DNA of 32,000 nt, from assembly GCA_016700375.1 (NCBI GenBank), contig CP065016.1:930001-962000 (forward strand). Reading direction: 5' to 3'. The position numbers and the translations under genes were made by a program. Below, piece after piece: positions 22,746 to 30,963 of the stretch (its first letter is position 1; each line of letters begins with the position of its first letter). This DNA comes from Candidatus Saccharimonadota bacterium (lineage in GTDB: Bacteria > Patescibacteriota > Saccharimonadia > Saccharimonadales > UBA4665). Below the pieces are notes generated by a model that did not search any database, was not told where the DNA came from, and saw only the letters and a list, made by a program, of their open reading frames with translations.

Positions 22746-24212
22746 ATGCGGTGGTTTTCTTTTACCTCGTATCTCCACATGCGAGCGCGGCGGACAGATA
22801 AAGTGCTGGCGCTATGCACGAGTTTTTTGGCTGGCTTGCTGCTGGCGCGTTTGCACTTAGTTTTGCCGGGCTGGTTTGTCATTTTACTTGGAGTGTTGGC
22901 ACTAACAGGGGTAAAAAAGCCCGTATTTCACTTCATTTTACTTGCTCTGTTTGGCCTTAGTCTGGGTTTGTGGCGCGGAGCAGTGTATTTACGAGCACTA
23001 CAACCCTACCAAGACTTCGCCCGTCAGCAAGTAACGCTCCGCGCAAAAGTTAGTCAAGACGCCGTGTATGGTGTGAGCGGGCAATTGAGTTTTGAGGTCA
23101 AACGGGTTCAGTTTGTATCGCCCATGGTGGTTTCGGCTCCGGGCACCATAAAGGTTAGTGGTTTCGGCGAGTTTGCAGTGTATAGAGGCGATATAGTGGA
23201 GGTTAGTGGCAAACTATACCCTACTCGCGGCGGCAAACAGGCCACTATGAGCTACACAAAAATACAGCGTATTGCCAGCGAACAGACGTGGGCGGATAAT
23301 TTTCGGCGTAGTTTCGTAGCCGGTATGCAAACTGCCCTGCCAGAACCAGCGGCATCGTTCGGCAGTGGCCTGCTAATAGGGCAGAGGAGTACACTGCCAT
23401 TTGCTATTTCGCAGGCATTCCTCATGGTTGGCCTAACGCATATTATTGCAGTCAGTGGTTATAACTTGACTATACTGCTCAATGCCTCGAAACGCTTGCT
23501 TGAAAAACGTTCAAAGCAACTCATGGTTTTAGTGGCGCTGTTGTTGGTAGGATTTTTTATGCTGGTGACTGGTGCCAGTGCGAGCATAGTTCGCGCGGCA
23601 GTAGTAAGTGGTTTAGCGCTTGCCGCGTGGTATTATGGTCGACCGGTTCGACCGATGGTGCTGATTTTGCTGGCTGCAGCACTAACAGCATATGCAACCC
23701 CCGTGTATATCTGGAGTGATATTGGCTGGTGGCTGTCTATGCTGGCATTTTTCGGCATATTGGTCGTTGCGCCTACGGTTCTGCACCGGCTTTTCCCAAA
23801 AAAGCAACCTCCGCTTCTTGCAAGCATGGCGGTAGAAACACTGGCAGCAGAAGCCATGACCATACCGCTTGTTATGTTTATATTTGGCCAGGTTTCACTG
23901 GTGGGGTTGCTGGCCAATATGCTCGTTGCGCTGTTTATTCCCATAGCAATGCTTTTGAGTTTTATCGCTGGGCTAGCGGGCATGCTCGTTCCTCTTGCTG
24001 CAGGCTGGGCGGCGCTGCCGGCACAACTGCTGCTTACCTACATGCTTGACGTAACTGTCCTGCTTTCGCAAATACCCCATGTGTTTCGTACCCACTCGTA
24101 CCTAAGTGTCGTTGACATGACGCTCTGTTACGCACTCATAATCACGGTCATTTATCTGTTACGTAAAAAGAAGCGGATATGGTTTACCGAGCTAGCCACG
24201 ACACGGTATTAA
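22746..24212 (+). CDS. comEC: ComEC/Rec2-family DNA internalisation channel, lacking the C-terminal metallo-beta-lactamase domain (488 aa)
   Basis: An N-terminal TM plus an OB-like region, then the competence-domain string GLLIGQRSTLPF....F...GLTHIIAVSGYNLTIL and GASASIVRAAVV, with multiple TM helices. Confidence 0.85.
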   Translation: MRWFSFTSYLHMRARRTDKVLALCTSFLAGLLLARLHLVLPGWFVILLGVLALTGVKKPVFHFILLALFGLSLGLWRGAVYLRALQPYQDFARQQVTLRAKVSQDAVYGVSGQLSFEVKRVQFVSPMVVSAPGTIKVSGFGEFAVYRGDIVEVSGKLYPTRGGKQATMSYTKIQRIASEQTWADNFRRSFVAGMQTALPEPAASFGSGLLIGQRSTLPFAISQAFLMVGLTHIIAVSGYNLTILLNASKRLLEKRSKQLMVLVALLLVGFFMLVTGASASIVRAAVVSGLALAAWYYGRPVRPMVLILLAAALTAYATPVYIWSDIGWWLSMLAFFGILVVAPTVLHRLFPKKQPPLLASMAVETLAAEAMTIPLVMFIFGQVSLVGLLANMLVALFIPIAMLLSFIAGLAGMLVPLAAGWAALPAQLLLTYMLDVTVLLSQIPHVFRTHSYLSVVDMTLCYALIITVIYLLRKKKRIWFTELATTRY

Positions 24213-24228
24213 TGCTATAAATAAGACA

Positions 24229-24930
24229 ATGGATGAACGAAAACAGTACGGCAAGCTATCAGTTCTCGAGCCAGTGGGGGTAACCCGCCACTACCCCAAA
24301 AAACGTACCATCCTGTTTCAAGGTGAAGTACCCGCGAGTGTCATGGTACTGCGCAGTGGCATTGTGAAGGTCTATGGTATTACGGGCGACGGAGACCAGC
24401 GCACGGTCACCATTCTTACGGCTGGCGATGTGTTTCCCATGTCGTGGGTGTTTGGTAAGTCACAGCAGTGTATCTACTATTTTGAGGCACTGACTGACTG
24501 CACGGTGCTGGCGGTGAGCAAAGAAGACTACGAACATGCTCTCGCCACAAACCTAGAGCTAAAGGAGCAGATTTTCCAAAACTACATGTCTCACTACGTT
24601 GCCGCAACCATGCATGTCTATGCCTTAGAGCACTCATATGCGCAGGATAAGCTCATTTACATACTTCAGTACCTCGTCACGCGTTTTGGTGAAAAGCAAG
24701 ATGACGGTCGCTGTAAAATAGGGTTACGGCTGAGTCATCAGGACATAGCGGAGATGGTTGGAATTACGCGAGAAACAGCGGCGGTTGAACTGCATAAGCT
24801 CAAAGCAAAAGAACTCATTGACTACCAAAAATTTACCTACATTGTTGACTGTGACAGGCTGTTCCATACAGACAGGGGTGATGAGTTCGACAGTCTCGAA
24901 CTCAAACATACATTGCCCGGCCGAGGGTAA
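24229..24930 (+). CDS. Crp/Fnr-family transcriptional regulator
   Basis: A cNMP-binding-like beta-roll in the N-terminal half and a C-terminal HTH (LSHQDIAEMVGITRETAAVELHKLKAKELI). Confidence 0.85.
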   Translation: MDERKQYGKLSVLEPVGVTRHYPKKRTILFQGEVPASVMVLRSGIVKVYGITGDGDQRTVTILTAGDVFPMSWVFGKSQQCIYYFEALTDCTVLAVSKEDYEHALATNLELKEQIFQNYMSHYVAATMHVYALEHSYAQDKLIYILQYLVTRFGEKQDDGRCKIGLRLSHQDIAEMVGITRETAAVELHKLKAKELIDYQKFTYIVDCDRLFHTDRGDEFDSLELKHTLPGRG

Positions 24931-25026
24931 GAGTCGTAACGGGAAAGAGGGCATTTTTGTCTTGCCGCACTAGCTATTTCGCTTAAAACATGGTAAGCTA
25001 ACAGATAGAAATGGAGTAGTTTTTGT

Positions 25027-25752
25027 ATGTCCGGACATAGCAAGTGGTCTACCATAAAACGAGAAAAAGGTGCCAAAGATGCGGCGCGCGGTGCGGTGTT
25101 TACCAAACTTGGTAATGCCATAGCCATAGCGGCCCGGAGCGGCACTGACCCAGAAACCAATTTTGCCCTGCGTCTTACCATAGACAAAGCCAAAATGGCA
25201 AATATGCCGCATGCCAACATCCAGCGGGCAATCGACCGCATAAAAGACAAGTCTGCGGCAGAGCTGCAAGAAGTGCTCTACGAAGGTTACGGCCCGGGTG
25301 GTGTTGCCATATTGGTCGAGGTAGCAACCGACAACATCAACCGTACTTATCCGGAAGTGCGCCTGGCGTTTAGTAAGCACGGCGGTAATATCGCCGAAAA
25401 GGGCGCGGTGGCATTTCAGTTTATGCGCAAGGGGCTGATTGTGGTGAAAGCTAAGGGCGATGAGTTCATGCTGGAAGCGCTCGACGCAGGCGCAGAAGAT
25501 GTGCAGGAAGATGGCGAGCTGAGCGAGGTGTACACCGCCGCAACGGAACTAGCACGGGTGCGTGACGCGCTAAAGGCTCGTGGCTACGAAATTACCGAGG
25601 CAGAACTAACCTATGTGCCAAACAACACCGTGGACGTTACCGATGCCGATACGGCTGGCAAAATTATGCGCCTCATGGACGCACTCGATGATTGCGACGA
25701 TGTCGCAAATACGCACGTCAACTTCGACATTGCCGAAGGCCTGCTGGGGTAG
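25027..25752 (+). CDS. yebC: YebC/PmpR-family DNA-binding regulator
   Basis: MSGHSKWSTIKR.KGAKDAARG..F.KL...I..AAR.G.DPE.N..LR..I.KAK..NMP...I.RAI. This is the canonical pattern. Confidence 0.95.
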   Translation: MSGHSKWSTIKREKGAKDAARGAVFTKLGNAIAIAARSGTDPETNFALRLTIDKAKMANMPHANIQRAIDRIKDKSAAELQEVLYEGYGPGGVAILVEVATDNINRTYPEVRLAFSKHGGNIAEKGAVAFQFMRKGLIVVKAKGDEFMLEALDAGAEDVQEDGELSEVYTAATELARVRDALKARGYEITEAELTYVPNNTVDVTDADTAGKIMRLMDALDDCDDVANTHVNFDIAEGLLG

Positions 25753-25756
25753 CCTA

Positions 25757-26572
25757 GTGGCGTACGAAAAAGAACTTCAATTTGCAAAGTCATTAGCGCT
25801 TGATGCAGGTGAGATTATGCGCCGCTATTTTCGTTCCAGCGAGCTTGCCATAACACAAAAACAAGACTTAACACCACTCACGGTTGCCGATACTCAAATT
25901 AACGAACTTGTCATCGAGCGCGTAAAGAGTGAATTTCCCTCGTACGGTGTGCTTGGTGAAGAAGCATCTTATGAACCGAAACGCGAGCTTCTCTGGGTTG
26001 TTGACCCCATAGATGGTACCAGCCCGTTTAGCTGCGGTATTCCGGTGAGTACATTTTCGCTTGCCTTGGTCGACCGGCAGAACGGGCAACCGTATGTGTC
26101 GGTAACGTATGACCCCTATCTTGATGAACTTATGTTTGCAACAAAGGGTGGTGGCGCTTTCTGCGGCGAGAAAACGCTTCGTACAAGCCAGACGAAAGAT
26201 TTAGCTGGTCAGTATGTGATGCAGGGAAGTGGACTTTGGGGTATCAAACCAACCGTTTCTATCGGAGATATCGTCACAGGGTTGAATGCAGCTGATGTGC
26301 GCGGGTTCAACTTTATTTCGGCCGTGTACGGAGCAAGGCAAGTTGCAAAAGGTAATTTTGCAGCTGGGTTCTTACTGTATGGCTCGCCTTGGGATAGCGC
26401 CGCAGTCTCACTTCTCGTGAGTGAGGCGGGTGGAGTTGCGAGCGACATATTTGGCAGTCCTCGTCGATATGACGAATTTGCAAATGGCCTACTTGTGTCA
26501 TGCAACGAAATTGTTCACGAAAAGATGCTACATATTATTCGAGCATCAGCTCTGCCAGGTATGCACGCGTAG
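25757..26572 (+). CDS. Inositol monophosphatase family protein (271 aa)
   Basis: GEEA, WVVDPIDGTSPF and GSPWDSAAVSLLVSEAGG motifs. A GTG start at 25757 lies 4 nt after the yebC stop. The track's 25613 start lies inside yebC. Confidence 0.85.
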   Translation: MAYEKELQFAKSLALDAGEIMRRYFRSSELAITQKQDLTPLTVADTQINELVIERVKSEFPSYGVLGEEASYEPKRELLWVVDPIDGTSPFSCGIPVSTFSLALVDRQNGQPYVSVTYDPYLDELMFATKGGGAFCGEKTLRTSQTKDLAGQYVMQGSGLWGIKPTVSIGDIVTGLNAADVRGFNFISAVYGARQVAKGNFAAGFLLYGSPWDSAAVSLLVSEAGGVASDIFGSPRRYDEFANGLLVSCNEIVHEKMLHIIRASALPGMHA

Positions 26573-26611
26573 CCACTGTTTTTGGGCTGGGTGACGTGCT
26601 ACTATGCTGGT

Positions 26612-27055
26612 ATGAAAGAGTTCAAACGGGCGACGATTATTTTTCTAAGTTTTTTGGCGCTTGTGGCAATAACATCTGTAGTATTAGCGTTCGTACCAGT
26701 ACGCCAGCGGCAGGTTGATGTTCCGAAAGGGTTTTACTACGGTGAGACGACGAACCAGGTTAGCACACAAGACGCGGCGAAATTTACGCGTAAATGGTAT
26801 GGCTTCCCGGCGACCGTTGCCGAGAAAGAGGTTGTGTCGTACGCACGGGGGAATTATGAAAGTGCAACCTATGATATTCAGCGGTTTAGCATATTCTATG
26901 CGGTCGTAAACGTGGTATTTTGGCTTGGCCTTGTGGCTGCGCTTCTTGCCCCGGTGACCATATTTTACCGACCGCAAAAAAAACCAGTCGAAGTGAAGGT
27001 CACAGAGAACAAAACCGAATCCCAGGTGAAAGCGAATGAGAATACTGGGGATTGA
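26612..27055 (+). CDS. Hypothetical membrane protein (147 aa, 2 TM)
   Basis: TGcTACTAT lies 6 nt upstream of ATG 26612. TM segments are IIFLSFLALVAITSVVLAF and VVNVVFWLGLVAALLAPV. The 3' end overlaps the ruvC start. Confidence 0.6.
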   Translation: MKEFKRATIIFLSFLALVAITSVVLAFVPVRQRQVDVPKGFYYGETTNQVSTQDAAKFTRKWYGFPATVAEKEVVSYARGNYESATYDIQRFSIFYAVVNVVFWLGLVAALLAPVTIFYRPQKKPVEVKVTENKTESQVKANENTGD

Positions 27056-27512
27056 CCCGGGAACCGGCATACTCGGTTTTGGGGTCATAGATGTCACGGG
27101 CGGCAAAACGCAGTTGGTAGATGCTGGCGTAATTCGTACGCCAGCACATGAAGACGACGTAGTGCGTTTGCAGACAATTTATGACGAGCTAACAGACATC
27201 ATTACGCAGACAAAACCAACACACATGGCAGTAGAGAAACTCTTTTTTGCGCGCAATGTTACGACTGCAATGACGGTGGCACAGGCCAGGGGTGTCGTGC
27301 TGCTATGCGGCAGCCAAAACAATCTTGAAATAGCAGAATACACGCCACTTCAGATAAAAATGGCTATTACCGGCTATGGTCGGGCCGATAAAAAACAAAT
27401 TCAAGAAATGGTACGTATACACCTCGGACTTGCCGAAGTGCCAAAGCCCGATGACTGCGCCGACGCCCTCGCTGCCGCCCTCACCCACGCCCAATCCCGC
27501 AAAATCACATAA
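27036..27512 (+). CDS. ruvC: Holliday junction resolvase RuvC
   Basis: MRILGIDPGT...G.GVI, EKLFF..N...A....QARGV and DAADALA-like DCADALAAALTHA. Confidence 0.95.
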   Translation: MRILGIDPGTGILGFGVIDVTGGKTQLVDAGVIRTPAHEDDVVRLQTIYDELTDIITQTKPTHMAVEKLFFARNVTTAMTVAQARGVVLLCGSQNNLEIAEYTPLQIKMAITGYGRADKKQIQEMVRIHLGLAEVPKPDDCADALAAALTHAQSRKIT

Positions 27513-27516
27513 CTTC

Positions 27517-27577
27517 TGCGTCAAGGACGGACCCTGACGCAACGCCTTCTACTGCGTCAGGGTCCGTCCTTGACGCA
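27517..27577. repeat. Inverted doublet of 25-nt REP-like palindromic units (REPIN-like)
   Basis: TGCGTCAAGGACGGACCCTGACGCA (27517-27541) and its exact reverse complement (27553-27577), separated by 11 nt. Each unit also has its own 7-bp stem, TGCGTCA/TGACGCA. Confidence 0.9.
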
Positions 27578-28226
27578 GGTGCCGTTCGTACGGTGATTCT
27601 GGGTCTGGGTTTTCTATGGTGGCGAGATCCCACTTGATTTCATCGTACATTTTCTTGACATCCTCATAATCTTCTAGAAAATCTAAATAGTTTTCAGATG
27701 ACGAAAAATACTCCATAATTCGCTTTGTACTAATCCAATCAGCATGTCTTTTGCCGAGGTAAAAATCAAGGCTCGTTTTGTCCGATTCTCTCCAGTCGTG
27801 CGGGTTTAGGTGGATGTAGCGTGAAATATGCTGGAGGTAGGCGTCGTCTCCTATCAAACTGGCACGGTAGCGACTCTGGAAAAGCGGGCCGACTCTTTTG
27901 TGGACTTTGTTGTACTGCATGCAGTAGCTAGTGAGTAGCGCCCGCATGAAGTCACGTATGGCATATTGGTCGTGCTGATACACAAAAAGATGTATGTGGT
28001 TTGGCATGAGAGCGTACGCAAGCAACTCAAGACGACCGACGAAAGATGGGTATACGTGCCGAGTATTGCTTTTGCTAGGTTTTGGTGAGAGATAGCGTTT
28101 GAGTAATCCAATGAAAACAGTGAAGTCAGCCTCTCCGTCGAAGGTAATGTTTTTGTTTACGCCTCTTGTATACAAGTGGTAGTAACTCTCTGGAGCGTAT
28201 TGCTTGATGATGTTTTTTCCGGGCAT
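27549..28226 (-). CDS. REP-associated tyrosine transposase (RAYT, IS200/IS605 Y1-transposase-like, 225 aa)
   Basis: YHLYTRG, the HUH motif MPNHIHLFV, and GPLFQSRYRASLI....YL..ISRYIHLNP. The gene is flanked on both sides by REP doublets. I chose ATG 28226 as the start because the track's 28262 start lies inside a REP unit. Confidence 0.85.
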   Translation of the reverse strand: MPGKNIIKQYAPESYYHLYTRGVNKNITFDGEADFTVFIGLLKRYLSPKPSKSNTRHVYPSFVGRLELLAYALMPNHIHLFVYQHDQYAIRDFMRALLTSYCMQYNKVHKRVGPLFQSRYRASLIGDDAYLQHISRYIHLNPHDWRESDKTSLDFYLGKRHADWISTKRIMEYFSSSENYLDFLEDYEDVKKMYDEIKWDLATIENPDPESPYERHLRQGRTLTQ

Positions 28227-28236
28227 GCCCACAGTA

Positions 28237-28319
28237 TGCGTCAAGGACGGACCCTGACGCAAGCAGCAGCGGTTTGCTATATGTTCGTTTTGGATGCGTC
28301 AGGGTCCGTCCTTGACGCA
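28237..28319. repeat. Second inverted doublet of the same 25-nt REP-like unit
   Basis: An exact copy at 28237-28261 and an exact reverse complement at 28295-28319, separated by 33 nt. Confidence 0.9.
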
Positions 28320-28343
28320 GGGGAAGTGTGGGATAATGGAAGG

Positions 28344-28916
28344 ATGATAGTGAGCTTGCGTGGGGTGGTGGAAAAGACGGTGGCGGGGTTGGTGCTCGAT
28401 GTAGGAGGTGTGGGGTATGGTCTCAGCGTCTCAAGCGAAGACTTTGGCCGTTCAGCAGATGGCAAGGAAGCAAAGTTTTACGTGTACGAACATATTCGCG
28501 AGCAGGGCTATGACCTGTTTGGTTTCAGCGAGCAGGGAACAAAAGAGTTGTTTGAACAGTTGCTTGGCGTAAAAAACGTGGGGCCAAAGGTTGCGATGGC
28601 CGTGCTAGACCTCGGGTCTGCAGCCACGGTGCGAGGTGCCATTGCTGCTGGTGATGTAAAGTTACTACAAAGTGCCAAGGGTGTTGGTAAGCGCGCAGCA
28701 GAGCAGATTGTGGTAGAACTGCGCGATAAAGTTGGCTTAGCCCCAGGTGCGTCGGCTGAAGATGTGGTGTACCGGCCTGGCGTGAACACGAAGGACGAAG
28801 CCGTGGAGGCGCTTGTATCACTCGGTTACTCCCCTCAGGATGCGGCAATTGCCCTGCAACAAATAGATGCTAGTCTCCCGACCGAAGAGCGAATAAAACA
28901 AGCGCTGAAGGGCTAA
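28344..28916 (+). CDS. ruvA: Holliday junction DNA helicase subunit RuvA (190 aa)
   Basis: MIVSLRGVV.......VLDVGGVGYGL.VS, HhH motifs (LLGVKNVGPKVAMAVL, LQSAKGVGKRAAEQIVVEL) and a C-terminal domain III. TGgGATAAT lies 6 nt upstream of the ATG. The track's 28176 start runs through REP units. Confidence 0.93.
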   Translation: MIVSLRGVVEKTVAGLVLDVGGVGYGLSVSSEDFGRSADGKEAKFYVYEHIREQGYDLFGFSEQGTKELFEQLLGVKNVGPKVAMAVLDLGSAATVRGAIAAGDVKLLQSAKGVGKRAAEQIVVELRDKVGLAPGASAEDVVYRPGVNTKDEAVEALVSLGYSPQDAAIALQQIDASLPTEERIKQALKG

Positions 28917-28917
28917 C

Positions 28918-29802
28918 ATGGACATACCTGTCAAAACGCTCAAATCAGGATTTTCACTGCCTGTGTATGGACTGGGAACATGGCAGATGGGCGGTCGCTG
29001 GGAGGCGGATAGCTCACAGGATGAAATAGAAATTGGTGCTATTCGGTACGCAATTGAACAAGGTATCACGCACATCGATACAGCGGAAAGTTATGGAAAC
29101 GGCCATGCGGAAGAACTGATTGCAATTGCAACAGCAGACGTAGACCGTTCAAAACTCTTTGTCGCCTCAAAAGTTTCTGGTAATCATCAGGGATATGATG
29201 ATTTAATGCGTTCGTGCGAAGCGAGTTTGAAGCGCCTAAAAACCGACTACCTAGACCTATACCTACTGCACCGTTTTCCAGATGCAGGCACGGACATAGC
29301 TGACACCATGCGCGCAATGGACCGCCTGGTTGAAGAGGGCATGGTACGTAACATTGGCGCGTGTAACATGACAGTAAGCCGTTTCGCCGAAGCGCAAAAA
29401 TACACCGCGAGTAAGCTTGTCTGCAACCAGCTACACTATAGCCTAGACTGCCGTGAGATAACCGATAAAGGCGTCCTGCACTACTGTCAAGAAAACGATA
29501 TTTTTGTCACCGCATGGGGTCCTCTTAGCAAGGGTGCGCTCGAAAAAGCAAAAATCTTGCATGAAATGGCACAAAAATATGGTAAAACTCCATACCAAAT
29601 AGCACTGAACTGGCTCATTGCACAGCAGAATGTCATTACCATACCCAAAACTTCAACACCTGAACACCTAGATGAGAACCTTGGTGCTCTTGGTTGGGAG
29701 CTGGATGCACAGGACTGGCAAAGACTCAGCGATGAGTTTCCTGGCCAAACGCTGGTATCTGACCGCGTTCCATTGGGCTACGACGCAGCCATAAAACCAT
29801 AA
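28918..29802 (+). CDS. Aldo/keto reductase family oxidoreductase (294 aa)
   Basis: GLGTWQMGG, HIDTAESYGNG and LDLYLLH. It starts 1 nt after the ruvA stop. Confidence 0.9.
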   Translation: MDIPVKTLKSGFSLPVYGLGTWQMGGRWEADSSQDEIEIGAIRYAIEQGITHIDTAESYGNGHAEELIAIATADVDRSKLFVASKVSGNHQGYDDLMRSCEASLKRLKTDYLDLYLLHRFPDAGTDIADTMRAMDRLVEEGMVRNIGACNMTVSRFAEAQKYTASKLVCNQLHYSLDCREITDKGVLHYCQENDIFVTAWGPLSKGALEKAKILHEMAQKYGKTPYQIALNWLIAQQNVITIPKTSTPEHLDENLGALGWELDAQDWQRLSDEFPGQTLVSDRVPLGYDAAIKP

Positions 29803-29812
29803 GGAGGTCGCT

Positions 29813-30457
29813 ATGATAGTTATTACCGGGGCAAGCGATGGGCTGGGGAGGGAAATTGCAAAGCTGTATGCGCTTGAGGGTCAGACGGTTGCAAACATAT
29901 CTCGTCGGACGTGTGATGTTGCCGAGTATAACTTCTTGGGTGACCTCAGTGAGCCAAACGACGTTGCCAAGATAGTCGCAGAAATTCACCAGTCCAAAGA
30001 ACCTATGGAAGCGCTCATTCTATGTGCCGGGCATTTTACCGTACAAGAACTTGGGCAGATTGACCCGGCCGTAGTGCGAAAAACGTTTGAGATAAATGTG
30101 GCTTCGAACATAGAGCTTGTTTCTCGGCTCATAGAGCTTATAAAACGTGATGGTACTGATATTGTGAGTGTGGTTTCAACCACTGGTACAAAACCCACAA
30201 ATGAGTTTGTGTACGGGGCGTCGAAATGGGCACAGCGTGGTTTTACACTTGGGCTGCAGGCTGAGCTGAAACATACGCCGTGCCGTGTTATAAGTTTTTG
30301 CCCCGGTGGTATGAAGACTGGCATGTTTGAGAAAGGCGGCGAACAAATGGATACATCTGGCTTTATGGATCCCCATGAAGTAGCCAAATGCCTCAAGCAG
30401 CTTCTGGAACTTCCTAAAAACATGGAGGTTAGCGAAATAATCATAAACAGGAAATAA
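29813..30457 (+). CDS. Short-chain dehydrogenase/reductase (SDR) family protein (214 aa)
   Basis: TGASDGLG (TGxxxGxG) and YGASKWA (YxxxK). AAGGAGG SD. Confidence 0.88.
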   Translation: MIVITGASDGLGREIAKLYALEGQTVANISRRTCDVAEYNFLGDLSEPNDVAKIVAEIHQSKEPMEALILCAGHFTVQELGQIDPAVVRKTFEINVASNIELVSRLIELIKRDGTDIVSVVSTTGTKPTNEFVYGASKWAQRGFTLGLQAELKHTPCRVISFCPGGMKTGMFEKGGEQMDTSGFMDPHEVAKCLKQLLELPKNMEVSEIIINRK

Positions 30458-30459
30458 GG

Positions 30460-30963
30460 ATGAAGTGGCAAGTTAGAATTACTAAACAACAGCGCGTAAA
30501 ATCAGTTTTTGCGATACTGTTTTCTCCCAGAGAAGCATTACTTATTGCTGGTGCATTTCTGGCAATATTAGTGCTTCAGCAATTTTCGAGTGGATTCTTA
30601 CGGGTGGTATTACTCACAGAACTTGTGGTGATTGTGGTAATAGTGCCATTAATGATTTTCCGTTCTTTGTGGCAAAGAGGACGTATGATTCGTATGACTG
30701 GGAGCGAGGTAATGCAGTATGAAATAAAGAAGGGTTTGTTGCGGTTCAGCGTCGGGAACGACAGCATTCAAATACCTACCAACGATATCGTGCTCCAGCG
30801 AACGTATCCGCAAATGATTCTGCTGAAGCGCAAAGGCTTGAAGGTTGGCAACCAGCTTGTGTTGTATTTTGACGAAGAATCTACGAAGCTGAAAGCATTG
30901 GCAGCGCTAAAAAAGGAAGGAGTCGCCGTCTATGATAAACGTACCAAAGATTGGGCTGTCTGA
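30460..30963 (+). CDS. Hypothetical membrane protein (167 aa, 2 TM plus a small C-terminal domain)
   Basis: TM segments LLIAGAFLAILVL and VVLLTELVVIVVIVPLMIF. It starts 2 nt after the SDR stop. No family is confidently recognised. Confidence 0.55.
   Translation: MKWQVRITKQQRVKSVFAILFSPREALLIAGAFLAILVLQQFSSGFLRVVLLTELVVIVVIVPLMIFRSLWQRGRMIRMTGSEVMQYEIKKGLLRFSVGNDSIQIPTNDIVLQRTYPQMILLKRKGLKVGNQLVLYFDEESTKLKALAALKKEGVAVYDKRTKDWAV

Noticed and set aside
27517-28319. Four identical 25-nt repeats, which could be mistaken for a mini CRISPR array.
   Set aside because: The units occur as inverted pairs with unequal spacers (11 nt, 659 nt and 33 nt). They are internally palindromic and bracket a RAYT gene. 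This is REP/REPIN organisation, not direct repeats with unique spacers, and no cas genes are present.
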